64,000 nucleotides of DNA from Elsinoe ampelina (taxonomy: Eukaryota). A program made the translations under genes and the position numbers. The stretch spans positions 295,917 to 359,916 of the forward strand of contig ML992511.1 of the NCBI GenBank assembly GCA_010093995.1. Reading direction: 5' to 3'. Within the stretch, counting starts at the first letter, position 1, and each line of letters starts with the position of its first letter. Below the pieces are notes generated by a model, which was not told the DNA's origin, searched no databases, and worked only from the letters and a program-made list of their open reading frames with translations. This document shows, piece by piece, positions 1-12,106 of this stretch.

Positions 1-824
1 CGGGAATGACTAGCGATGCGGATGCGACGGCCATGAGGGAGGACATGGTGCTTGCGACGGTTGAGTTGAAGGATTGTTCCTGTCGTCTGAAACCACCGGC
101 GATGAAGCAGCATCCTAGGACGAGCAGGATGTTGGAGAGGATAGAACCCAACATGCTTGCTTGTACGATGCGGATCTCGCCGTCTCGGAGCGCGACAATG
201 GAGACCTGTGAAGCTTGTCAGACCTGTGTATTACCCATGCCATGTGGCTCTTACAATAAGTTCAACGGCATTGCCGAAGGTTGCGTTCATGAGACCTCCC
301 AAGGTTTGACCTAATTTGGCACTAATCTCTTCAGTCGCAAAGCTTAGGAGAGCGGCCAGGGGTATAATGGCGAAGAAGTTGACCACAAAGACGGCTGGTA
401 GGATATGTTAGCGGTGTATCATCCTCCCGTCCTCGACAACCTCACCTGTAGGGTTTCCGCCAGTTGCGCCAAGGATAATACCAGCAGGAACAAAAACGAG
501 AAGACAATTCACGTAGTTTGAGGATAGAACCTGCCAGGTCTTGTGCAGGATGAGTGCCGGCCACTTGATATACGCCCGATCATCCTCCCAGCGCGGGTTT
601 CCATCCGAATCATGCAGTATCGAAGTGACACTATTCAACCTCGACGACGAGTGTCCATTGACCAGCGGTGTATTCTCGTCCGGCATGTCTTCTGCGACTC
701 TTCCCGAACCTCTCCTGTCGGGGAACTTCCCGCTACCAGGTCGACCGGCGCTTCGAAACTGTGACTTGAAATTCGAGTTGATTGCTGTATGCGATTGGCC
801 CAAGGTCAGTCTCGCGGCCTCCAT
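1..824 (-). CDS. vcx1: Vacuolar Ca2+/H+ exchanger (CAX family), 5' part; runs off the window start
   Basis: Spliced model: exons 824-446, 394-255, 205-1 with GT..AG introns. Translation includes the CAX alpha-1 region '[45 protein letters not shown]'. The start may be 824 or 686. Confidence 0.9.
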
Positions 825-2049
825 GAGAGAATCTGAGGTAGTGTAGGAAATGTGATATTAGGCGCGGCGTGGAGAGCACGGAGCTCTGCGAGCTAAAGAG
901 TACAAGAGATACAAGTACGAGTGTGCACTGCCATGAAGGATGATTGATGGAATGCAAACTCACGCATAGTTGTGGAGCAGCTTCCTCTAGTTGAGAGAGA
1001 GAAGGACAAAGACTGCGCTTGGCGAGGCGAAAGTGTCGAGAAGGGCTTTGCTGGGGCCCAAGGGTTTGATCAGCACAAAAGCAGCAGAGTGGTGGAGGCT
1101 GGAGATGTTGCGGAAGATTGGCTATAGCACTAACGGGCGGGACTGCCAAGAGTTGCTGTGCGCTGTGTGGCTGAAGCTGGGCAGGCAAATGGAGTGCCCT
1201 GTCTGTCAGTGTCTGTTAAACGAGGATCAACAGGACCAAGCGGACCAAGCAAAGGGGCGTGTGATCAGGGAAGCAGTGAGAAGAATGCCATCATCGACAA
1301 GGAGGAAAAGAGGGGGTTTAATGCAGGAGCAACAGCGAAAGATCAAGCTCGCTCGGGCGTGTGATGTCAGTGGGCTGGCCGGCCAGCAATTTCATCGACT
1401 GCACAGCCCCGAAACAGACTGGTGACAACCGGGCAAAAAGGCTATGGTCTTGGCTGCTCTGGCGGGTTTCCATCCCATCGTCCATCTTAAGGTTGGTTGT
1501 TGCGCTCACGATGATCTCCTCGCCGCAGATCTGCTGTTTGCGAATCAGGAATGTTTTTGCGACCATGTGTTTGACCCGTCTCCCAAAACTTATATCGGCG
1601 AATCAAGTGGACGGCACAGAGAAGCTTAATGTCATCAAGAGCCGTGCCGTGTCGAGCAAGACCCGTCAAGGTCTCCCGTTTCAGCTCGACAGGACAGGAC
1701 CGTCAGGACGGGATGAAAAGACACTTTCTCGGGCCTGAAAATCAGACGGAAATCGTGCGAGGATCAGCCGTGGGACCTCACACGGCCGGCATGTCCCTGG
1801 GTCCGTCGTGCCGTCAAGTAGCTGTTCCTGCTTCGCGCACATGCTCAGATGAATGTGTCATGATGGGAAAAAGCATCTAACATGGTTCTAATATTCCGTC
1901 GTATTCTTCTCAACTACAAATGTGAATGATAATGGCAGCTAATCATGCATGTCCTACCAGACACCAAGCATCACCCTATGTGTGCTGCCGCCATGTACAA
2001 TGTCCCTGTTCAACTCCTGGTGCCCAACTTCCCAAGATCCCAAGATGCA

Positions 2050-3822
2050 TCACCGGTCTTCAATACCATGTGCCTCCTCTCCTCTCGTGATCGTCGTCCG
2101 TCGTGATCCCATTGCACCTTCATGGATAATCTCGTATATTCGTGCCTTTTGAGCTTGGCGTGTGGCTCGTAGACTCAGGTAAGTACCTTCTAATCCCTGT
2201 AGCTGCTCCTCCACGCTGAGAGTGCTTGATTCGTTGCTCCTGACAAGCGGGCTAACAAGCTTCTTGCGCAATATCTCCAAGTTGGACCTCAGCTGGAGAA
2301 GCCGTCCGTTGTGGTCCACCAGAACATGCTTGTTCTGCACAGTGCGTTCTCGGAGAGACGACAGTAGCGACTTGTTCTTCTCAAACTTCTTGAGTCGGGC
2401 TGCATTTGCGCCCATGATGCGGGACCAAAGGGATGCCAGGACTTCACTCTCCTCCCTCTCTTGCGCGTCGGTTTCTCTGATGACGACCCTTTGCAGATTC
2501 AGAAATTGTCTGTCGATGGCCTCAAAATGTGCAAACAGACTGATAGACGCCGTCAGCTCATTGTTGATGCTTTCTTCCAGGACGCCAAGAAAGTCCATGA
2601 ATGTCCTTTGAAGAGTGTTCCGAGTGAGCTGTGGAGCAGTTGGTCCAAACAAGTCCTGCACCATCTTGCCCACGGCCGTCTGCCCACCTGTCCAAGGATT
2701 CTCCAGCACGCCAACCTTGCTGAAGACGGTGTGAAGATTCGAAAATAGTGTCGACATCTTGGACTCTGGCAACGAGCTGATCTTGCTCAGCTCTCGTTGC
2801 GCCCACTCCATTACGATCAGGATGCTGTCAATGTCGCCGTCAATATTGGCGAAGAATCGAGTCAATTCCAATGCCAAACTCTTCAGTGAGTCCGAGAGAT
2901 TGTCGAGCTCTTTGACAATAATCGGGCCAGAGGTCATGTTAGTCGATCGGACGGACTCTCCCAGGTCCCACACAGCTACCCCAGTCTCTCCAAGCTGCAC
3001 CACTTGTGAATGTCCGTTCTCGCTGTAGAACATCAATGGCTCGAATGACTTGGCTAGACCCGCCACTTTGACGAGATCGGGTGCAGGGCCTTGGACTGGA
3101 CTTTGGAAGAGGATGCGGGCTGTTGTGAGGGCGACAAGACCAATGATGAATGAAAGGAATGCAGAGTACTTTGAACGAGTAACGCGGCTGTAGGTCTTGT
3201 GCACAAGGACAACAGCATCCTCAATAGGTTGTGTCCGATGTTGGACGTCGGCCCTCATGGAGAAGCGAATGTCTTCACCACCACGTTAGCTGTGAATGCG
3301 CATGGTCACATTCCACTTACAATTGTTCGCGCTCCGGTCGGACTTTGCTGGTGAAGGATCACGTCCGCCGGACTGTTCCGGTGGTTTGCCACTCAGTAGT
3401 TCTGGGGTATGTGCGAAGATGCGCTGTGGACTCAGACTGCGACTAACGCTCCGTCCTTTCACAGGGCTGCCAGGTAACGGTATCTCAGCCGCGGCGTGAA
3501 TGTCCTCCTCGTCTTCTTGCTCTTCCGGTCTCTCTCTGTCCGGTGTACCTGCCCGACTTCGCATAGGTGATGCGAGACCTGTCTGCTGACGGAACCATCC
3601 ACTTCCAGCCTTCCTCCACGCCGGTGGTGACCACGAATTCTCTAGTCCATCGTCGGTGACATCGCTGTAGGTCGATGCGATCGGGCTCCTATGAGGTCCG
3701 AGGCGGATTGTCGACGGTGTGAGAGAGGGATTAGGAGAGAAGGCATTCGACTCAAAGTCCTCCATCGAGGTAGACAGTGAAGGCGAGTCCTGCCAGGGTC
3801 TGAAGAGTTTGGCCGTGCTCAT
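2050..3822 (-). CDS. Hypothetical membrane-anchored coiled-coil protein
   Basis: Two long ORFs (178 aa and 402 aa) join through intron 3320-3273 (GTAAGT..CTAAC..AAG), giving 'NNYIRFSMRADVQHRTQPIE'. There is one hydrophobic segment (FLSFIIGLVALTT) followed by heptad-rich helices. Confidence 0.75.
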
Positions 3823-4629
3823 GCCTTGTCGCGCCCTGATTTGAATCCCCCTCCTGGCGGCAAATTGTCTTGGCGGGCGTCTGCTATTTCGAGAGATGGT
3901 GATTGTGGTATCGCGGCGGTTGATAAAACTACCAGATCGTTGTACCGGCTCGGATGTGGCTATGTGATACGTAGGGTTGCAGATGAAGATGTAATGTCCA
4001 AAAAGGTGAGAAAGGTGTCAGGACTTGCGCCCGGAAGTCAGCCTGTGAATTGCGCTGGGGGGGCGTGCCGCTCTGTGAGTTCCAACGTGACTGTGGTCAA
4101 GCTGGTCGCATGCGCATCAGACGTCCAGGTGCGCGAAACAGTCACTGTTGCCTGCAACGGAAATTCTCACCGGTCGCAATGGCTATAAGAGATCAATCGA
4201 GGAATGAAAAGGGAGTTTCAAGATAAAAGAGACGACAGCCAACCCCTCTCTAGCTTGCATGTACGACGGAAGTGGATGAGGGCCAGGGGAGCATGAGTGG
4301 CTGGGAACCGTCAAGGGAGGAGCGATCTCCCGCTCCTCTCCAGCAATCTGATTGGTCAAAGTCGTGTCAAGCACCCCACTTCTGCAGCACTTCACGCGCA
4401 TCAAGATCCACCCTTCGTCGCGTCTGTCCAAAAAGTAAAGCTGAGGATTGGTATCTTGCTGAGTAGAGAAACATCAAATCCTCTCGCTCTGTACGCTTGC
4501 CCGAACAATTACAAACAAGTGACAGTAAGGCCGTTCCAGTCATTGATCTGCTCGTGCACGGAGCCGCATGATGCTGCATGACAGGTGCGGGGCACGCGTG
4601 CCACTTTGACCGTACTTTGTAGGGCAAGG

Positions 4630-6271
4630 TTATAAGCAGGGTGCCTCCCACGTCTCCCTGAGAATCTTCATCAAGTTGCTCTGTTTTTGAGGGAATGTGA
4701 TTTCTCGTTCTTTGAAGAATCCGACGTCCTCACAGTATCGTCGCAGTCTGCCGCAAATAGTTAGTGTCAGGCCTGGGTGGATACAGTCATCATACTCACT
4801 TCTCATTGTCTACTCGCGGCTCCAGCATTACCGCATTTGTCCTGGGGTCAGCCAGCAAGCAGTAATGCACAAGCGCGCTCAGCCAGACCTTGACCCGATG
4901 ACTTCCTCTAAACTCTTGCTCGCCCACGAGGCAGTGGAATCCACGATCCCATTCACCGATCGATCCTCCCAGATGAGCTCCCAAGCGGTCTTCTTTCGCC
5001 CAGTAGATCTCAAAGTATGCAAATGGCTTTCCGTCGAAACAGCCGATCACTGGGAAAGAGTGCTTGAGCTTGAGGCCTCTTTCAAGAAATTCTCGCTGAT
5101 GTTCAATTGGGCCATCTTCGCCCCATGAGTAAGCTACCCGTGGATGATTCATCCACTTGTGTAGCAACTCGACGTCGCTGGGTCCATCAGATACACCAGA
5201 AAGAGTAGGGATGGTGGTATCACTTGCGCCGGTGAGATGACGTAGACCCATACCGCTAGGTAAGGATGGACTGTGCGGCACCGACCGAGGCGATAGCGAT
5301 GCGACTCGCAGAGACAATGTCTCTCCCAGGCTGGGAATGTATCGGGTGTAGAAGATCTCGCCCTGTCGTGGCGCCTTTGGTCGCTTCGGGTGCCTTGTGT
5401 TACCTGTCCAGATATAGGTAGGAGGTGCCGGAGGAAAGTAAGTGGGCAGATGGGATGAAGAATGGAAAGGATCGGTCGTGCTCCAGGATCCCTGCTGCAG
5501 ACCAAAGGGCGGTGTTACTGCGCCCGTATTGTCTGCCTTCAGAATGTTTGCGCGATTCGGCGACGCAGGTCTGGAGTGTGCTGGTGACCCTGACGGAAAG
5601 GGCGAGTTGATCATGGGCGATAACGTGAAGAGGAAGATCCTGGCATCTATTTGCCAAAAGTGTCGCCGCGTGACATATGTCTGCGACCATGCCTCTGCTA
5701 TGCCCTCCCTTGAAGTATCTGCTCCCACGCTAGAATCGTCGTTGATTATAAGACCCATGCGCTCCAGCTTTTGCAAAAGATGCTTGCCCTTGAAGATTCC
5801 TTCTCGGTTAATCGTGACCCTCCAGTCTCCTTTAGGCCGACCAGCTGGTGTAGTCTTTGCGCTCGCAGCATTCTCCACTTGAACTTCTGGCTCAGGCTGG
5901 TGGAAGTACCACCACAAGGTAGTCCATAACATCATTGCAATCTGTCGGGTCGGCGAGATCGCGGGCTTAAAGTCGCTGCTGGCGGGGTTCGATATGCTCG
6001 ATATGAAGAGGTGATCATTGCGCAGTGTCGGCTTCTGGAATCGATGTGTGTGGTGTTTCTTGCGAGGTCCCAAGTCAAAGTCGGGCGAGGGTAGAGGGGA
6101 GCCCTCATCGTGGCTCTCATCGCTATCCTCGGAGTGGATAATGATGGTCCATCCTGGAGGAAACGGCGTAGGATGTCTGCTCAGCTCGGACGCCTTGAAA
6201 TTCAACCCACCAAAGATGGGAGCCACCGTAACATCATTCCCGTTTGGTAAATGAACTACCGAGGGGGGCAT
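4630..6271 (-). CDS. sidL: GNAT (Acetyltransf_8/IucB-like) N5-hydroxyornithine acetylase, SidL-like
   Basis: 491-aa ORF plus a last exon 4747-4630 after intron 4799-4748. Motifs: 'LLHKWMNHPRVAYSWGE', 'FAYFEIYWAKED', 'WDRGFHCLVGEQEFRG', 'EPRVDN..GFFKEREITFPQKQS'. The long N-terminal extension 'MPPSVVHLPNG' fits SidL. Confidence 0.8.
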
Positions 6272-6386
6272 GTCTTCGCAATGACAGAAACCCTACGTTT
6301 CAGATCTCCACTGCGGGTTGCCAGGATTTGAGGTCGAATGGCCGCCGGCTTTGAGACCCTGTTGCGGCTCCGCTAAAACACCTCTC

Positions 6387-6424
6387 TATGGGTGTAAATT
6401 GTGACCCTTGTATCAAAACTCTTC
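6387..6424 (+). repeat. Left terminal inverted repeat
   Basis: TATGGGTGTAAATTGTGACCCTTGTATCAAAACTCTTC. The core 6397-6421 is the exact reverse complement of 11397-11421 (25 bp). Confidence 0.92.
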
Positions 6425-6463
6425 CAACTCCACTTCTTAATAAGGATTATTATCCTTCCTAAA

Positions 6464-8300
6464 ATGGCTAACTTCACTAACACTAATTATTAAATCATCG
6501 GATCAATAGTAAGTAGTAGAGAACTATTAGCGCTATCATTTTCTTCAATTTTTATAATTATAACTATAACTATCCTTACGTAATTGCTCTTTAAACTTTT
6601 CCTCCGCCCGAATAAATAATACCTTAACTAGGGATTAATATTAACAGCTAGTAAGAGAGTATTACTAACTAGATAACCTTAGAGCGCTATACTAGAGACA
6701 ACGTAGTTAAGATCCTTTAAGAGTATAGTATTATAATAAGCTATATTACTCTAGTAAGACGCTTAAAGGATTAGGGAGTATTAGCTTACTCTAAGGCTAA
6801 TAACAACCCTAAGCTATAAGAGCGTATCTAGTAGCTCTTCTTCGACTACTATATTATAGATAGCTATATACTTAAGCTCCTCTAAGAGGACAGCTACGAA
6901 CTTAGCCTTAAAGGCCTCTAATGCATCTACTGTAATATAGGCCTCTAGAAGTAGGCAGGGTTAAGTAAGAGCGACAAGGAGTATAGAGATACTATAATAC
7001 TTAAGGTATTATAGTATAAGTATAAGTAAGGTAATATTAAGACATATAGACAAAGTATAATATATATCTATATAAGGTAGCGGTATAATCTTATCGGAAT
7101 GTAAGTACGATTTAAGAGAGTAGAATTACTAAGAGAATTGCTAATACTATACGTAGTTACTATATAACTACTATATCTTATTTCCTTTATCTAGAGGACT
7201 TTAAGCATTATAGACGACGCCTTTAAGTCAACTAGCTAGTTAATTATCCTACTAGTCTAGATTTCGTATAGTATATAGATACTTATTATAAATTTGAGTA
7301 TTAGGGGCTATAGATATATAGAGTAATTAATACGTAGTTACGATAGGTTATCTAGATCTACTATAGTATCTCTAGATATACTTAACAATCCGTAGTAGTC
7401 TAATACCTAGCAGCAATTACAGCTAGTGGTATAATGCTATACCGACTCGTTATAGATCGTAGTATAGAGACTATCTAAGTTACTAACCTCTATTATAAAC
7501 TAAGTTAAGCTATCTAGCTATCTAGAGGTAATTACTTAGCCCTCTTACACTTCGAGGATTGCTTCTAGTATAGCACCTCTTATTCGAACTAGTAGATTAA
7601 GGTATACTAGAGTTAGTAGGTAAGGTAGCTAGATCCTTAGAGAGCTTACTTTACTAATCTTGTAGCTAATTAAGAATTTATAGTAAGCTTCTTACCTAAT
7701 AGAGTCGCCTTCCTTACCGTCTATATACTAATTATTCGACAAGAGGTAGAGACCTTTATTTAGACTTATAATTATAAAGCTATTCGGAATTAGACTAGGA
7801 GGAGGCTATAGATAGTCTCTAGAGTGCTAGAGCTAAATTATAGCTATCTAGAGCGCCGTAGAGAAGTTTACTCTAGAGTTAAAGTACTACTACTACTAAT
7901 TAAAGAGTACTAGGTAAACTTATAAAATTTTAGTATGTAAATTATAGTATAAATCGCTGCCGAATTGTAGATTAACAAATTTCTAAATCCTAACAAATAT
8001 CTGCTAGCTAATACTCTTTAGTAGTATAAAACTATACTTATAGCTAGAGGATTTGCCGATTTTAATAGTTATACTATCTTTAACAATAGTAATAAAGTTT
8101 ATATAGCTATATATTAGCTTCTCTATAACTAGGCTCGATTTTATATTACTATAGGAGCTAAGCCTCTCCTAACTAAATTAATAAGGCCGTACGCGCACGA
8201 AGATAATTAGCTAGGGTCTTTTACGCTATTAGATAAATTTTAACGTGTTTAGAGGGAGAAGGCTACTAGAATTACTAAGTGAATTACACTAACGACTCGG
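6464..8300 (+). pseudogene. RIP-mutated DDE (integrase core, IS3EU-type) transposase
   Basis: Reverting TA to CA/TG gives in-frame 'GPDFVWHID(7278-80)..KFEHWGLQIYGAIDAWSR..WIYCGIS', 'DRG.ET' (D at 7455-57), 'YGTSHSNQRIE(7599-7601)VYWSQ' and 'YMPIIRQEVETF'. ATG is at 6464, with a probable intron at ~7101-7156. The 3' end is approximate. Confidence 0.8.
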
Positions 8301-8399
8301 CGACCTACTACGGTAATTACTATTATAAAAACGCGTTTCCCTTGCTTATTTATCCTTCTAATCTTATCCCTTTTACTTTCTAGTTGTTATAGCTTCAAT

Positions 8400-11050
8400 T
8401 ATTAATCGTTAGATTACTCTCTATACTAAGGCTCTAATGCCTCTTAGCTACGTTAACATACTAGAGAGATATACTAGATGCGGCTAGTGCGATGTAGTTA
8501 ATCCTTACTATTATAGTAATAGGAGGCCTTTTTAACGAGAATTAATAGCCTCGTTATTACGTTAGCTATTAGTCGCCTATAAGTAAGTCGCCCCTATAAT
8601 TCTTAGTAATTCGCGTCGACCTACCCTAGTTATACTACCTCCTCTAGTCCCTCTAACTTCGACTATATAGCTCTTATCGTTACTGCTGCTACCTTAGCAA
8701 TCTAGCTATCCTATAACTACTGCCGATCTATATCGCTCTAGCTTTAAGCCGCTAGTAGCTACCTATATTACTACTTTAAAATCTAAAGCTACGAGGCTAC
8801 TAACTTAGTACGTAAAGAGTTAAAAGATATTAACGCGTATCCTCGTTAACATCTTTAAGATCACGCGTAGTTTAAACTATAATAGAGTTATAGTCTATAA
8901 GAGACAATATATTATTACGCTCTAGAGTACTCTTACGCTAGATATTACTTTACCTACGATTGCCCCTAGCAATTTAAACTATTAGCATTACTTACGCAAT
9001 TTAATCGCTTTCTATACGGAGAACTAGGCCTTCTTTAATCTAGAGCGGTATAGTAAAGAGATGTTTAATAGTTACGTAGATTACTACCTCGTTAACAACT
9101 TTAATATAAATAATAGGCCGATTATACTAATATAGCACGTACTCTACTACGACTCTCTAGAAGAGCTACTTAAGGCTTTTAGCACTAGCGGCGCCGGATT
9201 AAATAAAAGGAGATATATTAAGCTAGTTTATAAATGTAAAACCGATAAGATATTAGACTAAGCTATCGAGGAGATTTCTATCTTCCGTAAACGTATAAAG
9301 ACTAGCTATCCCCTAGCGTTAAATCGTAGCTTAATCGCGCGTGAATTGTAACCTCGAACTAGTATTATATCTCGGCGTCTATCTCGGCCTCTAACTTAGC
9401 CTTTATCTCGTATAACTCTAGCTTATAATCTATCTTATAATCTATCTTATAATCTATCTTATAATATATCTTACGATCTAGCTAACGATCTAGTTCGCTT
9501 AATTAAGAAGACTAACGCGGCATATTACGTACATGTATAATCTGTTATTAATGTAAGGCTTTAGCGAATTAAGTAGCAATTTACACTCTCTAAATTATAG
9601 CGTAAGTCTTCCCTTAGAGGCATCACCTAATTCGAAGTAGACTTTATTAATTATAATACTAATAGTTCTCTATTATTTATGTAAGCACCGACGGCTATAA
9701 TAACTAGTCTATCTACTACCGAGGTAGCTATTAAGAATAAGCGTAGTTAGACGTTATAGACGATTAATCTATACTAACTACTAACCTTAATATATATTAT
9801 AGACTCGTTAACTAGCAAGTTTTAATAGTTTAATCCACTAGAGGCTTTAAAGGGGCGTAGCTAGAGTGCTTTACCTACTCTAACCCCTTTTGACTATAGA
9901 GACGTCTTTAGGTCGGTTAAATTTAACCTACTACTAGCGATAACTTAAGGGGCTAAAAAGTCTTCTACTACTACAACATAGTAATCTTAAGCTCCGGAAA
10001 GGCGCTAGGCTTCTTTAACTTATTAAGACCAACCGCTAGATATAGATATTATCTAGCCGGAAGACTTTATAACTAGTGCCAAGCAAAAGAGGTAGTTAGT
10101 TAGTATATAGAGGAGTAGGAGGAGAACTAGGCCAACTAAGAAGACTTAATAAGGAGTAGTATTAACGGTTAAAAAGGCATACCTTGCTCTATTAGGTATT
10201 ATAATACAACTAAACGCCTTGCTAATAATTACAGGTTTATAATTATAACTTCTTAGCCTTATTCTCTAGTAGTACCTTATCCTCTACTACTACCTCCTTC
10301 TCCTCTACCCTCTCTATCTTATTAACCCCTCCCTCCTCCTCCTCCTTACTAAAGACTACGCCCTCTAGCTAGTAGATTCTCTTCTCTTACTGCCGGATAG
10401 TATCTATAGCTTTTAATAAGGTAGCTTCTAGAAGCTTAATGTATATCTTTAACTCTACTAGATCTTGCAATTTAACTTGCAATTCTAACGACAATTCTCT
10501 AGCTAGCGCCGAGTAATAATCCTTACTCTCCCTTATATAGTATCTATACGACTTACTCTTACTCTTCTCCTTCTAAACGTAATAAACCCCTAAGTCTCTA
10601 TCTACTCTATTATCCCCCTTAGCCTTATAACTACACTAGCGGCACGGTGCTAGTGCTAGCTCTCTCTTCTCTATCTCTATAATCTCGCCGGTGTAAACGA
10701 CATAGCGGAGACTTATTAAAGTAATCTTCTTTGCCTTAGTATTATTACTAGCTTCTATAGCTTCTAGAGTAAGATAGAGGCTTTACTACTTGTCGTCTAT
10801 AACGTGCTAGAAGTCTTAATTGTTCGTAGTAGTCGGACAGCGCTATTTGTTATTAAAGCTATAATAGTTAGCCCCTAAATTGCTAGAATTGTAGGCGAAA
10901 TTATAACTCTAAGATTAGACAATCTAGTACTTACTCTTATAGTCTTTACTACTCTTCTATAGTCTTTGCTACTTGTGCTACGGCCTAAGTAGCGACCTAC
11001 GCTTACTTAGCTTACTAACGTGCTTGCCTTGCTACTATATTATAGAGGCC
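8400..11050 (-). pseudogene. RIP-mutated second gene(s) of the transposon, with a Cys-rich segment
   Basis: The minus strand de-RIPs to 'LRYVVYTGEIMEMEKRELAPAPCRQC..KSCGYC..' around 10720-10510, followed by a helical charged region. Boundaries are approximate. Confidence 0.45.
9422..9493 (+). repeat. 12-bp tandem repeat, ~6 units, inside the transposon
   Basis: CTTATAATCTAT x3, then CTTATAATATAT, CTTACGATCTAG, CTAACGATCTAG. Confidence 0.85.
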
Positions 11051-11393
11051 TTTCCTAGATATGCTAATAGTAATTATATAATCGAATTTATAAGAGGATA
11101 GTAAGGTATTTAATCTAAATGTATACTAAGGGGCTAAAAAAGGCATAAGGTATACGTGCGGCTCGAATTGACAGAGGTTAATGTTGTAGTACTTGACTTG
11201 CCTAGTTGCCCCCCTAGGGTAGTTACTATAGCAATAATATTACTACTACTACAACTACTAAACTATATAATTTATATATTCATAAACTCGTCTTGACGAG
11301 AGAAATTCAATAGTATTAATTATATAAGATTACATAAAGAATTAGTGGAGTTATCCGCATTGAGAAGGGTGACGCCGAAAAGGGGTTGGGCCT

Positions 11394-11430
11394 GAGGAGT
11401 TTTGATACAAGGGTCACAATTATCAACCGT
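11394..11430 (-). repeat. Right terminal inverted repeat
   Basis: GAGGAGTTTTGATACAAGGGTCACAATTATCAACCGT, immediately followed by the TSD copy CCTCTC. It lacks the terminal A that would mirror the left-end T. Confidence 0.92.
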
Positions 11431-12106
11431 CCTCTCGAGCTTGAAGGGGCTCACTCCAGATATATTCAGATCTTCCAATGTGAAACAAAGACTGACGGGC
11501 CTCCCACGTCCAGGTGGAACGACAATCCTTCTCTCTCAAGTCCCATCCTTGGCGAACAAAGTGGAATTGCTCTAAGGTTGCTTTCATTTGGGCTTTTGTG
11601 GCGCTTTCGCAACCAGCCTTTGGTTCCGCCCTCGGTGGACTCTGTTAGCGGCATCTCCAAAGAGGATATCGCGGCCCTTGCGGATCCACCCTCGTGGCAT
11701 TTGTTTGCCAGAGTCGTCGTACCTGCGTGTCTCCTGTCGTACAAACTCATTTTGTCGGAATTGACTCGAGTATCCCTTACCTCGACATCTTGACGTGCCC
11801 CGCGCGCAACCAATCGATAACGACGAGTAACGTTCACTATCTGTGCTATCACTACAACCATAACAGGTCATTTACAACGCCAGGCAAGGAAGTCACCGAC
11901 GACACCACGCGACAATCAGCGCGCAGCCTCTACCGATGCGCAGGGTGTCTGACCGCGTATAACGCCCCGACTACTACCAGAAAGAGCTCGCCGAGGTTGC
12001 TTGTATCGCAGCTATGAAGAGCAGGGACATGCAGACACATCGGCAACTCTGAGGCTACCACGTCGTCCGGACCGATCAAGGCATTACCGCCTCTCCGAAC
12101 TACACG

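Larger units (their letters stand above)
6387..11430. mobile_element. RIP-inactivated IS3EU-like DDE DNA transposon, 5,044 bp
   Basis: AT-rich, TpA-saturated block with no ORFs. It is bounded by 37-bp TIRs (32/37 identical) and flanked by the 6-bp direct repeat CCTCTC (6381-6386; 11431-11436). The left end is TATGG; IS3EU termini are TAY..RTA with a 6-bp TSD. A relic integrase-like transposase lies inside. Confidence 0.8.

Noticed and set aside
6771..6776. TTAGGG telomere-like hexamer
   Set aside because: Isolated copy, expected by chance in TA-rich RIP DNA; no tandem array.
6387..11430. LTR retrotransposon, Starship or centromere interpretation of the AT-rich block
   Set aside because: It has inverted rather than long direct terminal repeats, no RT or tyrosine-recombinase relic was recognised, and its 5 kb is fully explained by one TIR element.
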